Below are positions 28,740 through 38,971 of a stretch of DNA of 64,000 bases, in pieces. The notes beneath the pieces were generated by a model that did not search any database, was not told where the DNA came from, and was given only the letters and a program-made list of their open reading frames with translations. Made by a program: the position numbers and the translations under genes. Source of the DNA: a virus. Its lineage: Duplodnaviria; Heunggongvirae; Uroviricota; Caudoviricetes. The stretch is taken from IMG/VR virus record IMGVR_UViG_2851955134_000009. One strand, 5' to 3'. Position 1 is the stretch's first letter. Each line of letters starts with the position of its first letter.

Positions 28740-29620
28740 ACACTCCTCGTCAGTATTCTGGCGGCCATTGCACTTAATCCCGGAGACATGCGGTTGAATG
28801 CTGTGCTGGCGGCGTTAAGCTGCCCGGAAACGGTATCCAGAGCACCTGCAATATTTCTTTTGTCCACACCACTCAGCGCAGACTGTGCCTGCTGTACATA
28901 CGTGGCTGCTTCGCTGGCTGTTCTGGCCAGACTGATGGCATCGGGCATGGATTCAGAGAGTGCGTTAAACGCCGGAACACTTTTCCCCAGAGCCCCGGAG
29001 ATATTACCCAGTCCGCTCATCAGCCCCGGCACACGGGTCAGTGCGACAACGGGGTTATCCTTCATTTTCTGTGTCACCCGAACGGCGCTGATAGTGGTCT
29101 GGAGTACAGACTGCGCCTGTTTCGCATAGTTGACGCCGTTGCGGATGAACTGCGCCACCCCTGAAGGTGAAGGAATGGCACCGGAGACCGCCCCGACACC
29201 CGGGAGCTTCGTGCGTATTGCCGGTGGTTGCAGAGGATTTTTCGGATCACCGGTGTATTCCCGGAGAGACACGGTGGCACTGACAGCCAGCACGTTACCG
29301 GTGCTGTCTGTCTGCTCGCTGGTTGCGGTCACATCGGTAATCACGAACCAGCCACGATAGTCACCGTTGCCGAAGACCAGCGCCAGTGCCTGATGGGCTT
29401 TCATGGTTGTTCGCAGTCTCGCCAGCTCCACATCGGGTGCACAATAATGCTGATGGAAGACCAGACTTATCTGGATTTCGTCCAGCCTGTCGCCGACGAA
29501 CTGCAGGCCAGGCTTACCCCCGATGCGGGCATGCTCCGCATAATCGACGCCGAACGTGGCCTCGAAGCCGTCCCAGTAGGTAATCAGATCAAACTCAATA
29601 TCACCCAGTACGGCAAACAT
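28736..29620 (-). CDS. Tail protein (P2 gpU-like N-domain, Mu N position)
   Basis: 294 aa, directly downstream of tape measure. Confidence 0.65.
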   Translation of the reverse strand: MFAVLGDIEFDLITYWDGFEATFGVDYAEHARIGGKPGLQFVGDRLDEIQISLVFHQHYCAPDVELARLRTTMKAHQALALVFGNGDYRGWFVITDVTATSEQTDSTGNVLAVSATVSLREYTGDPKNPLQPPAIRTKLPGVGAVSGAIPSPSGVAQFIRNGVNYAKQAQSVLQTTISAVRVTQKMKDNPVVALTRVPGLMSGLGNISGALGKSVPAFNALSESMPDAISLARTASEAATYVQQAQSALSGVDKRNIAGALDTVSGQLNAASTAFNRMSPGLSAMAARILTRSV

Positions 29621-32571
29621 CAGCGGTACTCCTTACGTTGTTTCTGAGCCAGCAGACGCTCCAGCATTTTTTCCAGCTCATGCAGACTCATATTCAGGGC
29701 ACCAGTCAGTCCTGCAGGCGCTGTGGTTTCCCTGCCATTGAGGAAAAACTGAGGATTAAAGCTGACCTGGATACCACCAGACGTTCCACCGCCGGTTGCA
29801 GCTGCACCACGGCCTGAATATCCGGCAGCCAGGATTTCAGGCGAGGGGATACGGGGAACATCCGGTGTCATCTCATTTGCCAGACGTTGACCTGGTAAAG
29901 TCGATGCCCGGGTGGAGATCGGAATAGCGGGCATGGAAGACAAACTATTGATTACGGATCCGATCGCATTTTTAGCAGACGACATAAACCCGTTGATATC
30001 GGGCAACGGCATACTGAAGCGAACACCTGAAGTGTTATCCCGTATTTCTGGCCCCTGAATGCTCACGGGCATTCTGGGGAGCAGTTCACTGGCCATTCGC
30101 TGCCCGGCCAGAGCTGCAATCGGAGTGCTCCGCTGCAGGCCAATGGCGGCCCCCTGCGCGATATTGTCACCAAAGCCCATAAACACGCGGCTCGGCGAAT
30201 GAATACCCAGCTTTTCACTGAACCAGCCACTGATGCTGTCACCCATTCCGGTTACACTGGATTTGAGCGACTCCCATTTGTTTTTGATACCGTTAATCAG
30301 ACCGTCGACAAGATGGCCACCGAAGTCGGTGAACTTTGCCGGCAGATCAACACCAAGATATTTCAGCGCAGCTGCAAAGGCTTTATAGAGCAGACCTGCC
30401 GGCGACCAGTTAATCAGCAGCTTACCAGTTCCCGCGATACCGCCGTTAAAGGCCTCCTGAATGTCAGACCAGCACTGTTTAAACCAGCTACTGATGCTGT
30501 CACCCATTCCGGTTACACTGGATTTGAGCGACCCCCATTTGTTTTTGATACCGTTAATCAGACCGTCGACAAGATGGCCACCGAAGTCGGTGAACTTTGC
30601 CGGCAGAGCAACGCCGAAATATTTCAGCGCAGCCGCAAAGGCTTTATAGAGCAGCCCTGCCGGCGACCAGTTAATCAGCAGCTTACCAGTTCCCGCGATA
30701 CCGCCGTTAAAGGCTTCCTGAATGTCAGCCCAGCGCTGTTTAAACCAGCCACTGACTGTCCCCCAGTTGCGGTAGATAAGGTAAGCTGCTGCCGCGACAG
30801 CGGTGATAACGAGACCGATGGGATTCATCATCAGCGCTCGCCCAATCCAGAGAACGGCACGTGCAGCGCTCATAAAACCGCGAACGAGGCTGCCCGCCAG
30901 AACTTTGCTGAGTTTCAGTCCTCCGCTGGTCAGTCGGCTAAATCCAGTGACAAGCCAGCGTAATTTGCCACCTTCTCCTAGTGCGGTAGTCAGTCGATGC
31001 CAGTTGGTCCGGAGTAAAACAGCAGTTTTCCAGACGTTCACAAAGGGGGAAATAAGGAGATTCAGCCCCAGTTTGAGACCAACAGTCGCTATCTTAATCG
31101 CAAGGAGCGCACTGATGAGCTTAAAAGCCCCACTGACAAATTGCGGGTGAGTCGCCACCCAGTGTTTTGCCCCCTGAATGAGTGGGATCAGCTCCTGAGT
31201 CAGAGAAATAAAAGAGGGGGCGAGCTGATCGCCCAGCGTAATAGCCAGATCGCGACTGCTGACCATAAGCGCTTTAGTGGCTTCAAGGGGAGATTTCAGC
31301 CGCTGATCGTAAGCACTGGCAAGCAAATCGTTATCCGCAGCCCTGAGAGCACCGGCACGGATCTCGCGATATCTGTCCATGTTGGCCAGCATCGGGCGGA
31401 TAAATGCCATGACCTGCATATCCGCGAACATATCGCCCAGACCAAAGTTTTTCGCCAGAGCCTGAAGTGCCTCATCTCTTGCCGTATCATTCTTTATTTT
31501 CATGGCGGATTTGAAGCCGGCCAGCGCTTCGGGGCTTTTGGCATTGAGGTAACGTTCTATAACACTCAACATCCCTTCAATCGGAGAGATCCCCGCAGCC
31601 TTATAACTCGCAACAGAACCCTGCAAATCAATACCCAGATCAGCAAACTGTTTCTGAGTATCGCGGGCAAAAATTTTGGTAAGAAAGTTTTTAAAATTAT
31701 TGGCTGCTTCGTCGGTGGAGCCCGCACCGATTTTTGCTATCTGGAGACTGGCCCCGATTTCAGCAACAGCCTCTTTTCCACTGGCAATACCCGCCATCAT
31801 TGGGGCCAGGGACTGCATCCACTTGACCTGATCCGGGATTTCAAATGACCCCTGGTCACCGGCATAAGCCATAATATTCTGGACGGCACTAAAATCTCTG
31901 GCCGCACCTTTCAGGGAGTTTTGCCAGACTGCGGCCACTTTTGCCCAGTCCTGAGATGACGTGCGTGTTGCCGTTGCCGCGCGGGCAATATCCGGCATCA
32001 GAAAACCGATATCTGACAAGTTATCAATATTGTCGCTGATGAGCGAACCCACCGCCTCCTGCAGTTCATCCTGATACTGATTGTATTTTTGCGCCCAGCC
32101 TTTTATCTGTCCGGCAAGTGCATCCCGCGTTTTATTGTCATATTTTGCGGTGATCGACATATCAATCATTTTGTCCTGAAAAGACATGGACTGCTGAACG
32201 GCAGGGGAAACCGTATGATAAACAGTCTGTGCCATGCCATACGCTTCAATCCCCTGACCATACAGCGCCATGCGGTTAGCTTTCAGCGCATCACTGGTGG
32301 CTGATGCCGCTGACAGACGGCGCTGCTGGCGCTCAATTTGCTCCATGGTGCGGCTTACCCGCAGCAGCTCGCTGTTGAGATGCTGCATCCGGGAAGAGCC
32401 CAGTTGACCATAACGTTCTGTTGCACGGGTTAAAGCGTTCTGACGTTCCTGCAGGCGGCGTGAGGTATCGCTCAGGGAATCAAGCGCACGGCGGGTACCG
32501 CTCATTGCAGAACGGAATGTGCTGCCAATCATCCCGCCGATAACAACGCCGACTGAAAACTGTCCCGACAT
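29620..32571 (-). CDS. Tail tape measure protein
   Basis: 983 aa, helical and Gly/Ala-rich, internal 87-aa tandem duplication. Confidence 0.85.
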   Translation of the reverse strand: MSGQFSVGVVIGGMIGSTFRSAMSGTRRALDSLSDTSRRLQERQNALTRATERYGQLGSSRMQHLNSELLRVSRTMEQIERQQRRLSAASATSDALKANRMALYGQGIEAYGMAQTVYHTVSPAVQQSMSFQDKMIDMSITAKYDNKTRDALAGQIKGWAQKYNQYQDELQEAVGSLISDNIDNLSDIGFLMPDIARAATATRTSSQDWAKVAAVWQNSLKGAARDFSAVQNIMAYAGDQGSFEIPDQVKWMQSLAPMMAGIASGKEAVAEIGASLQIAKIGAGSTDEAANNFKNFLTKIFARDTQKQFADLGIDLQGSVASYKAAGISPIEGMLSVIERYLNAKSPEALAGFKSAMKIKNDTARDEALQALAKNFGLGDMFADMQVMAFIRPMLANMDRYREIRAGALRAADNDLLASAYDQRLKSPLEATKALMVSSRDLAITLGDQLAPSFISLTQELIPLIQGAKHWVATHPQFVSGAFKLISALLAIKIATVGLKLGLNLLISPFVNVWKTAVLLRTNWHRLTTALGEGGKLRWLVTGFSRLTSGGLKLSKVLAGSLVRGFMSAARAVLWIGRALMMNPIGLVITAVAAAAYLIYRNWGTVSGWFKQRWADIQEAFNGGIAGTGKLLINWSPAGLLYKAFAAALKYFGVALPAKFTDFGGHLVDGLINGIKNKWGSLKSSVTGMGDSISSWFKQCWSDIQEAFNGGIAGTGKLLINWSPAGLLYKAFAAALKYLGVDLPAKFTDFGGHLVDGLINGIKNKWESLKSSVTGMGDSISGWFSEKLGIHSPSRVFMGFGDNIAQGAAIGLQRSTPIAALAGQRMASELLPRMPVSIQGPEIRDNTSGVRFSMPLPDINGFMSSAKNAIGSVINSLSSMPAIPISTRASTLPGQRLANEMTPDVPRIPSPEILAAGYSGRGAAATGGGTSGGIQVSFNPQFFLNGRETTAPAGLTGALNMSLHELEKMLERLLAQKQRKEYR

Positions 32572-32646
32572 AGTGGTTAACCTCCGGGGAAGGTGAAAAG
32601 ACGTGAGGGGATAACGCAGAACAGCCGCTACTGGCGGCTGTCTGTA

Positions 32647-32904
32647 CTATGATTTGTCGCCGTACTCGCTTTTTATTTGCTCTTCAGCCTGCTCCAGCCA
32701 CATCTCCAGATCGTCAGTATCGAGGGCATCAATCTCCCCCGGCTGAAACCGGAACCATCTCGCCAGCAGCCCCTGCGCCTGCGTCAGCGCCTTTGTCGCT
32801 CTCACCCATCCCCGTGATGAGCTGAAATCGTTTCTGTAACTGCAGGTAATCAGCCAGATCCATATTGTCGAGATCTTCCGGGAGAAGACCAGTACTGCGG
32901 GCAA
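32647..32904 (-). CDS. Frameshift extension of tail assembly chaperone (E'/T-like), expressed only as a fusion
   Basis: ORF in +1 (= -2) frame relative to the chaperone, overlapping its 3' end; no own start (track start is TTG). Confidence 0.6.
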   Translation of the reverse strand: MPAVLVFSRKISTIWIWLITCSYRNDFSSSRGWVRATKALTQAQGLLARWFRFQPGEIDALDTDDLEMWLEQAEEQIKSEYGDKS

Positions 32905-33064
32905 TCAGCGGTTCGTCCCAGTCTGCCGGGTTTTTGCTGATTTTGCGCACCTGCTTCAGGTCTTTTACCGTCAGGCGTTTCAGTTCAACCAGCTCAATTC
33001 TGGTGCCTGCAGCAGTGGTGAAGGGATAAGACAATTTAAAAGTATCGGATGGGGTCTGTGACAT
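32729..33064 (-). CDS. Tail assembly chaperone (gpE/G-like)
   Basis: 111 aa, upstream of tape measure; G5 run 2 codons before stop. Confidence 0.75.
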   Translation of the reverse strand: MSQTPSDTFKLSYPFTTAAGTRIELVELKRLTVKDLKQVRKISKNPADWDEPLIARSTGLLPEDLDNMDLADYLQLQKRFQLITGMGESDKGADAGAGAAGEMVPVSAGGD

Positions 33065-33161
33065 GATTGTGCTCCTGTGTAAGTTCAGGGCAGTATGTCG
33101 GGAGAAGCGCGTGACGGATATTAAAGGAGATTAAGAAGAAGGGGCCGGAGCCCCTGTGATG

Positions 33162-33443
33162 TCAGCAAGTGCGAAACCCCTTGCAGTTACGCAGGAAAGC
33201 GATGAGAAGCGTCTTTCCCTCAGATTTGCCGGTGCCGGAGAACCAGTGGTCGGGAGGCTCCCATGCTTCAATCAAATCCGCCAGTCTGCGGGCCTTTGAA
33301 CGTGTGCAGTCAATCGGGTCATTGGTTTTACGGGTATTAAAAAGGGTTTCCACCCCCGGAATATCAAGGAGGGTAAACCACGTACCATTTGACATGCCCA
33401 GTGCCGCACATCGTCCTCCTTTATCCGTCAGTTCAACACTCAC
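33162..33443 (-). CDS. Hypothetical protein between tail tube and chaperone genes
   Basis: 93-aa ORF, same strand as tail operon. Confidence 0.4.
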   Translation of the reverse strand: MSVELTDKGGRCAALGMSNGTWFTLLDIPGVETLFNTRKTNDPIDCTRSKARRLADLIEAWEPPDHWFSGTGKSEGKTLLIAFLRNCKGFRTC

Positions 33444-33445
33444 CG

Positions 33446-33967
33446 TCAGCCCCCGATATTGATACGGTAGTCAGTCAGTTGATCAACACCGCCGACCCGG
33501 AAGATGTTGGCCAGATAGTCCAGTTGCAGCAGCTCTTCACCATCCAGTACCTGTCTGATATACGTGCATGTGAAGCTACTGGAGAACTCGGCGTTCTCGT
33601 GCTGTTTGAACGTCCCCAGCGGGTTCTTCTTGAACATAATCGTCAGGAAGGTGACCAGCGGGATTTCGTCAATCAGCCCCTGCGAGCTGTAGCGCTGGAC
33701 GCTGGAACGACACTGCAGTGCCAGCGACCTGTACGGGTTCGCGGCAGACAGCATCGCATCGCGGTAAAAGCTGTTCCATTTGATTTCGCCTTCCAGTTTG
33801 TCAAAACCAGCCGGGAGTTCCACCTTACCCACCATCCCCAGCGCCTTGTGTTCCTGCATAATCATGGAGACATCGGGGAGTTTAACTTCCTCAGCCCGTC
33901 CCAGCAGGTTAGTACCATCCAGATAGATGTTGGCATTCGTGATGCGGTTTATCTCAATCTTTGACAT
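33446..33967 (-). CDS. Tail tube protein
   Basis: 173 aa, immediately after sheath gene. Confidence 0.8.
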   Translation of the reverse strand: MSKIEINRITNANIYLDGTNLLGRAEEVKLPDVSMIMQEHKALGMVGKVELPAGFDKLEGEIKWNSFYRDAMLSAANPYRSLALQCRSSVQRYSSQGLIDEIPLVTFLTIMFKKNPLGTFKQHENAEFSSSFTCTYIRQVLDGEELLQLDYLANIFRVGGVDQLTDYRINIGG

Positions 33968-35394
33968 CAGTTGCCCCCTTTCAGGGTTAACAGGTATTCC
34001 GAGGTGATCTCAGTCTCAAACGTCAGTCGCTCCAGCGGCGGTGGTGGCGTATATTTGTAGCTCAGCAACAGGTGCCCGGCGGCCAGCTCCGTCTCCGGAT
34101 TGCGGGCCGGATCAAACCAGCAACGGAAGCCCAGTACCGCACCATCACCAGTCATTTTGCGACCGTAGGCGTTGACCGACTCCGTCAGTGCATCAATCAG
34201 CGCCTGAGTAATCGGCATGTCGATGTACTGCTGGCTGAAATAACGAATGGACTCGTTGATCACATCACCGGTGCGGCGAACGTTCTCAAAGTTACGCATA
34301 TGGGTGACCGTTGGCCATGCTGCCGTCCGGTTACCCCACAGACGAAGGCCGCTGCCGTAACTGCTGAATACCGTGGTGATCCCCTGTTCGTTAAGCAGGT
34401 TCACCTCACTCTGCGGGTCATCAATCATCGCGGACAGCTGGCGCTCCACGCCGGTGATCCCCAGAATCTCCTGATTGGAGGATGACCACCAGTAGCCCTT
34501 GTCCAGATCGACTCTGGCACGCAGACCTGCTGCACGCTGGCTGAGCGGCTCCAGACGCTCCGTGTTTGTCACCGGGTCATATACCTTCACATGCGGATAG
34601 CACAGACGGACGCGGTCGGAGCTGGTATTGAAGTTAATGGTGCCTTCCGGGCCACGACCTGCCAGAGCCTGTGCAAAGGTGGTACCGACAGGCGCATCAA
34701 TGTAGGTTACCGCGCCCAGCTTCTCTGTCATGGCGATAAGCTCAACTGCTACACTCTTCTGGGTGCAGAACACCGGCGCAATCAGAATTTTGGCAAAATA
34801 GCCGTACAGGTTGAAGCTGTCGTTAAGCAGCTTCATGCCGGTTCGGTTTCCGGCGCTGTTCACCCCGCCGATGATGTCCGCCGCAGTCACCTTCGACGGG
34901 TCCGCGTACTCATAGCTCACCTTCACGCTGCCACCGGCCTCAATAGCCTTGCCCAGGTTCGTGAGCACACCCGCCTGCGCATCAACACGGTAGTCCGTGT
35001 TCGCCGTGTGGGTGGTGCTGCCTTCACTGTTTTTCACCACCACATTAGCGACAACCGGATGCGCAAGTCTGGCCTGCCCTGTCGATTTGTCAAAGGTAAC
35101 CACTTCACCCTGGATCGCCGTTTTATGTTTCGCCGGGTCGAGGACGTTAATGACCAGAACGGTGCCTGCACCATGGTCATAAATCGCATCCAGCGCCTGC
35201 GGAATGGTAAAGCCGGTGAACTGGCTGCCAAATGCCGCTGCGTCTTTCTCAGACAGGCACTGTACCAGCGTATTGACGTCCCCCATCGGGGCGGTACCAA
35301 TCAGGCCAATAACGGCAGATTTCACCGTTTTAACCGGGCGGGCACCGTTTTCCACCTCAATGGTTTCGGGACCATGCAGATAGTTAGCTGCCAT
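33967..35394 (-). CDS. Contractile tail sheath protein
   Basis: 475 aa, sheath-tube-chaperone-tape measure order. Confidence 0.85.
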   Translation of the reverse strand: MAANYLHGPETIEVENGARPVKTVKSAVIGLIGTAPMGDVNTLVQCLSEKDAAAFGSQFTGFTIPQALDAIYDHGAGTVLVINVLDPAKHKTAIQGEVVTFDKSTGQARLAHPVVANVVVKNSEGSTTHTANTDYRVDAQAGVLTNLGKAIEAGGSVKVSYEYADPSKVTAADIIGGVNSAGNRTGMKLLNDSFNLYGYFAKILIAPVFCTQKSVAVELIAMTEKLGAVTYIDAPVGTTFAQALAGRGPEGTINFNTSSDRVRLCYPHVKVYDPVTNTERLEPLSQRAAGLRARVDLDKGYWWSSSNQEILGITGVERQLSAMIDDPQSEVNLLNEQGITTVFSSYGSGLRLWGNRTAAWPTVTHMRNFENVRRTGDVINESIRYFSQQYIDMPITQALIDALTESVNAYGRKMTGDGAVLGFRCWFDPARNPETELAAGHLLLSYKYTPPPPLERLTFETEITSEYLLTLKGGN

Positions 35395-35638
35395 GGGTGT
35401 CCTCCGTTTTCACTTCGCTGTCACTGCTGCTTCTGCGCTTTGGTGACTGCACAGCCGGTGTGCCGGCGAGTTTAGTCTCTTCAGGTACCGGCGTCAGATG
35501 TTTCAGCGCCACCAGTACCTTCACGTAGTCATGCTCCTCCGGCAGGGAAAACGTCTTCCCCGGCCAGAGCAGGATTTCGGTTCCGTCCGACAGCGTGACG
35601 CCGCTGGCCGGGCCGGAATAGCGGTATGCTTTCATCAC
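35384..35638 (-). CDS. Hypothetical protein (Mu gp38 position)
   Basis: 84-aa ORF in morphogenesis operon. Confidence 0.5.
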   Translation of the reverse strand: MMKAYRYSGPASGVTLSDGTEILLWPGKTFSLPEEHDYVKVLVALKHLTPVPEETKLAGTPAVQSPKRRSSSDSEVKTEDTHGS

Positions 35639-36099
35639 TCGCTTTCCTCATAGTTCACTTCGGTTAACAGCGGGCCGGACGGTAAATCGCTGTCTTCGAT
35701 AAAGACGCTTTCAGTCGCGAAGTCGAGGGCGTATTGCCACAGCCCCCTGACTTCACCGATAAACACCTCGCGGGTCAGCCAGATACGACGGCGGCAGCCG
35801 GGCGGGGTGTAGCCACCGAGAATGCGGCGGACAGCATCCAGGACATTAATCGCCCCTTTTTTACCGTTGAGCTGGCGGAAGACCACCGTGACGCAGAGCT
35901 GGATAGTCTGAGGCTGGATCACCGCACCGGTATCATCCGGCCTGTCAAAGCGCGAACCGGCATAGCTCAGCAGCAACGCGCCAACCGGATGGTTCAGGCG
36001 ATATTCAGCCGGTTTCTCCGGGAAGTACTCCACCTGCAGTTGCGGCAGGTTCTCGCGTAACCGGGCCAGTACCGCATCAAGGACGGGCAGAACGTTCAT
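35635..36099 (-). CDS. Virion morphogenesis protein (Mu gp37 position)
   Basis: 154 aa, overlapping neighbours. Confidence 0.55.
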   Translation of the reverse strand: MNVLPVLDAVLARLRENLPQLQVEYFPEKPAEYRLNHPVGALLLSYAGSRFDRPDDTGAVIQPQTIQLCVTVVFRQLNGKKGAINVLDAVRRILGGYTPPGCRRRIWLTREVFIGEVRGLWQYALDFATESVFIEDSDLPSGPLLTEVNYEESE

Positions 36100-36545
36100 C
36101 AGTATTTCTCCAGTAAACCGTCACGACCGCCGAAAGTGGCCGGGCGACTGCGTACACGAAACTCTCCTGGCTCAGGCACATCTTTCTGAGTGGACGGCAG
36201 CCCCAGCGTGAGCCTGTTATCACGTAACTCCCTGAGTTGCCGCAGCGCTTCTTTGTGGTCATCCTTCACCGTATCCGGGAGGTCACCTTCCGGGCGGCGG
36301 GCGTAGAGCCGGTAACGGACCAGCGTGATGGCAATGTCCCGCAGAACGGTCGGTATCTCCGCCAGCGGCAGGATATAGCGTCCGCGCAGATGGGCATCAA
36401 TCAGCTCGTCGGCATAGCGGATACAGCTGTCCACCACACGGGTATTCACTGTTGCAGGCGAGTCGAAGTCCATATCTTCACTGGTGAGCTCGATCAGCGT
36501 TCGTTCCGGCACCTGCGCAAGCAAATCCTCCAGGGTGCAGTACAT
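36099..36545 (-). CDS. Head-tail connector-like protein (Mu gp36 position)
   Basis: Start reassigned to internal ATG (MYCTLEDLLAQ...) 1 nt after upstream stop; 148 aa. Confidence 0.55.
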   Translation of the reverse strand: MYCTLEDLLAQVPERTLIELTSEDMDFDSPATVNTRVVDSCIRYADELIDAHLRGRYILPLAEIPTVLRDIAITLVRYRLYARRPEGDLPDTVKDDHKEALRQLRELRDNRLTLGLPSTQKDVPEPGEFRVRSRPATFGGRDGLLEKY

Positions 36546-36546
36546 C

Positions 36547-36882
36547 TCACACCCCGCGCAGGATACGGATGATGTCGCCTTCGGCCTTTGCCTCATCCAG
36601 TGCAATGCCACAGGATTTACCACTGTCAGCCTGAGGAACAGCCCTTGATTTGGCATCAGACTGTACCAGTGCCCCTCTGGAAACTGCCGCTCCCGTTTCA
36701 ACTGCAAGGATCCCGGTCACACTCACCGGGGTCAGATCACCTGCACGGGCATCCACCTGGGCGACACCGACGGCAACGGCACCCTGCTTACATGCGCCGT
36801 TATCTGCTCCCACAAACCTCTGCTGAGTAAGTGCAGTACTGGCTGTGACTGTCATGGTCAGAGTGACCTGCTGTGTAGTCAT
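36547..36882 (-). CDS. Hypothetical protein downstream of major capsid
   Basis: 111 aa, Ala/Gly/Val/Thr-rich. Confidence 0.5.
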   Translation of the reverse strand: MTTQQVTLTMTVTASTALTQQRFVGADNGACKQGAVAVGVAQVDARAGDLTPVSVTGILAVETGAAVSRGALVQSDAKSRAVPQADSGKSCGIALDEAKAEGDIIRILRGV

Positions 36883-36892
36883 AGACTTCTCC

Positions 36893-37846
36893 TTACTTCA
36901 CTATATTTGTAACGAGATAACCGGCATCCCCGCCCACGACCGCCACCTTATAGATGTCGGTATAACGGCAGTACTTCACCTTTCCGCCCACTCCATCGTA
37001 TTTATCTGCCACCGGCATCCCCTTACGTCGCAGGGTATACCCGAACGATGGTTCATTTTCGTCGGCACTTTCGGCACCTTCTCGCGGTGGAGTGACATAG
37101 AAGAGCATGAGATTATCTCCCCAGATGTCCACCGGATATTTGTTCCGGTTGCCTGCATCAGTCATGGATGCCATGGAAACAGGCTCACCCACAATGACCT
37201 TGTCCAGACCAAAAAGCTCCCTGAGGATTTGCGGGGTGATCCGTTTTCTCTCATTAAGTCCCAGAGCAGTGGTGATGGCTGGATGATATCTCAGCAGGGG
37301 CATCACACTGGCTCCCATGACCATCAGATTGGGTCTGACCCCGATCTTACTTCGCACAGCTTCAATGCCTCCCTCAATGACCTCAACAGGATCACCATGG
37401 CCTCCTTCCCAGCGTTCAACAGACGTCATCGTCTTTACCGAAGATGCCGGGTACACTTTTTTGTCCTGCGCAAGACGGGCAGCAATAAGCTCACGGCGAA
37501 GATGAATGCCATTTGTCACCCGCCGGATTGCCTTGGCCTCTTCGTTGAACATTGACTCCGTCTGTTCACGGTAGTCCACAGGTGCAGCAAGATCGTGCTC
37601 ATGCAACACCAGATCCAGCGTACTGCTCTTTTCCCTGATCAGAACATTACTGTCTGCCCCCACAGCACGGACGGTATCAACTTCCACAAACGCTGATCTC
37701 CCGAAAACGGGGACCGTTACCGCTTCTCTGTCCGTATACACAACCGGAAATATATGTTCTCCGATGAAGGCTGCATTCCTGTAGCCACGCGCGATGCTGG
37801 TCATAACAGGATCAACAACGCGTTTATTTTTTAAGTAATCAGACAT
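36893..37846 (-). CDS. Major head protein (Mu T-like)
   Basis: 317 aa, after protease/scaffold gene. Confidence 0.8.
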   Translation of the reverse strand: MSDYLKNKRVVDPVMTSIARGYRNAAFIGEHIFPVVYTDREAVTVPVFGRSAFVEVDTVRAVGADSNVLIREKSSTLDLVLHEHDLAAPVDYREQTESMFNEEAKAIRRVTNGIHLRRELIAARLAQDKKVYPASSVKTMTSVERWEGGHGDPVEVIEGGIEAVRSKIGVRPNLMVMGASVMPLLRYHPAITTALGLNERKRITPQILRELFGLDKVIVGEPVSMASMTDAGNRNKYPVDIWGDNLMLFYVTPPREGAESADENEPSFGYTLRRKGMPVADKYDGVGGKVKYCRYTDIYKVAVVGGDAGYLVTNIVK

Positions 37847-37855
37847 GCTTTCTCC

Positions 37856-38971
37856 TTACAGGCAGCGTGTGACAGCAGCCTCATAGCTGATGCCTTCTTT
37901 TTTCGACAGTTCCACAGCCTTCTGGTGCAGTGCCAGACGGTCAGGGTCGGCTTCTGCAAACTCCGTCACATCCACTTTCACCGTGTCGCCGACACGCTCC
38001 TTCGTGGCCTGTTCGGCGAAGTTCATCACCGGCTCCCCGTCGGAGAGCAGCGAACGGAAGGCGGTGGCCAGCGGTGTGCGGCTTTCCCCCTCAGCAAACT
38101 CCACCGGCTTGTCGCCACCGGCGACGGCATCCAGCAGGGCAACCACCACGGAGGAGGCGCGGGGAGCCAGACGGCCCTCTGCGACCAGTTTTTCTGCAAA
38201 GGCCACATTGTCCTTATGCAGTTGCTCCTGTCTGACCTGTGCATCACGCGCATCGCGATCAGCAGCCTGCTGCTTCAGGCGGCGGTTCTCCGCCTGAAGG
38301 GCTTCAATCTCTTCTTTTGTCATCGATGATTCCTCGTTACTTGCGGAAGACGGCACCTGGCCTGTCTCACTGAATTGCGCACCTGCTGCATCCTGCGACG
38401 GTGTGTCGCGGTACGCCTCTTCGCGCAGACTGTTGAGCTGCCATTCCGGCAGAACTTTTTCTGCTTCGTCCAGACTGAAGCGGGCGATCAGAAAATCGCG
38501 CAGCTTTCCCCACAGTGAGGCATTCGTGATGGCCTGCCAGTCGGCGAACTCCACCACACCTTCTTCCTGCTCACTGAAGGACACCTGTTTCAGTCCTTTG
38601 ACGGAAGGTGGCTGTGCCCCAAGAAAGCCCACATGGCGCAGGTAGAGCACGCCGGGCTTCGGATTGGACGGTGAATCCGGGAGGTAGAAAGAGGCAGACA
38701 CTTTTTTGAATCGTCCGTCGGTGACCATCTCAGCAAACTGCGGGTCCAGCTGGGCAGGCTCTGCCATCAGATCGACGCCGCTGAGCGACAGGGCTTTCAC
38801 CCAGCCCCACGCCGGGTCTTCCGTTCTGGGATGACCAATCACGAGTGGTGCTTCATGGACGGACGGGTCATAGGCTTTCACGCAGGCGGCAAGATCGTCT
38901 GGCGTGAACGGCAGTTTTTTGCCGTGCATATCGGTATGAGTACCGGCTTTAAAAATGTGAATGGCTGACAT
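37856..38971 (-). CDS. Head maturation protease/scaffold (Mu I-like)
   Basis: 371 aa with acidic coiled-coil C-terminal half. Confidence 0.75.
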   Translation of the reverse strand: MSAIHIFKAGTHTDMHGKKLPFTPDDLAACVKAYDPSVHEAPLVIGHPRTEDPAWGWVKALSLSGVDLMAEPAQLDPQFAEMVTDGRFKKVSASFYLPDSPSNPKPGVLYLRHVGFLGAQPPSVKGLKQVSFSEQEEGVVEFADWQAITNASLWGKLRDFLIARFSLDEAEKVLPEWQLNSLREEAYRDTPSQDAAGAQFSETGQVPSSASNEESSMTKEEIEALQAENRRLKQQAADRDARDAQVRQEQLHKDNVAFAEKLVAEGRLAPRASSVVVALLDAVAGGDKPVEFAEGESRTPLATAFRSLLSDGEPVMNFAEQATKERVGDTVKVDVTEFAEADPDRLALHQKAVELSKKEGISYEAAVTRCL

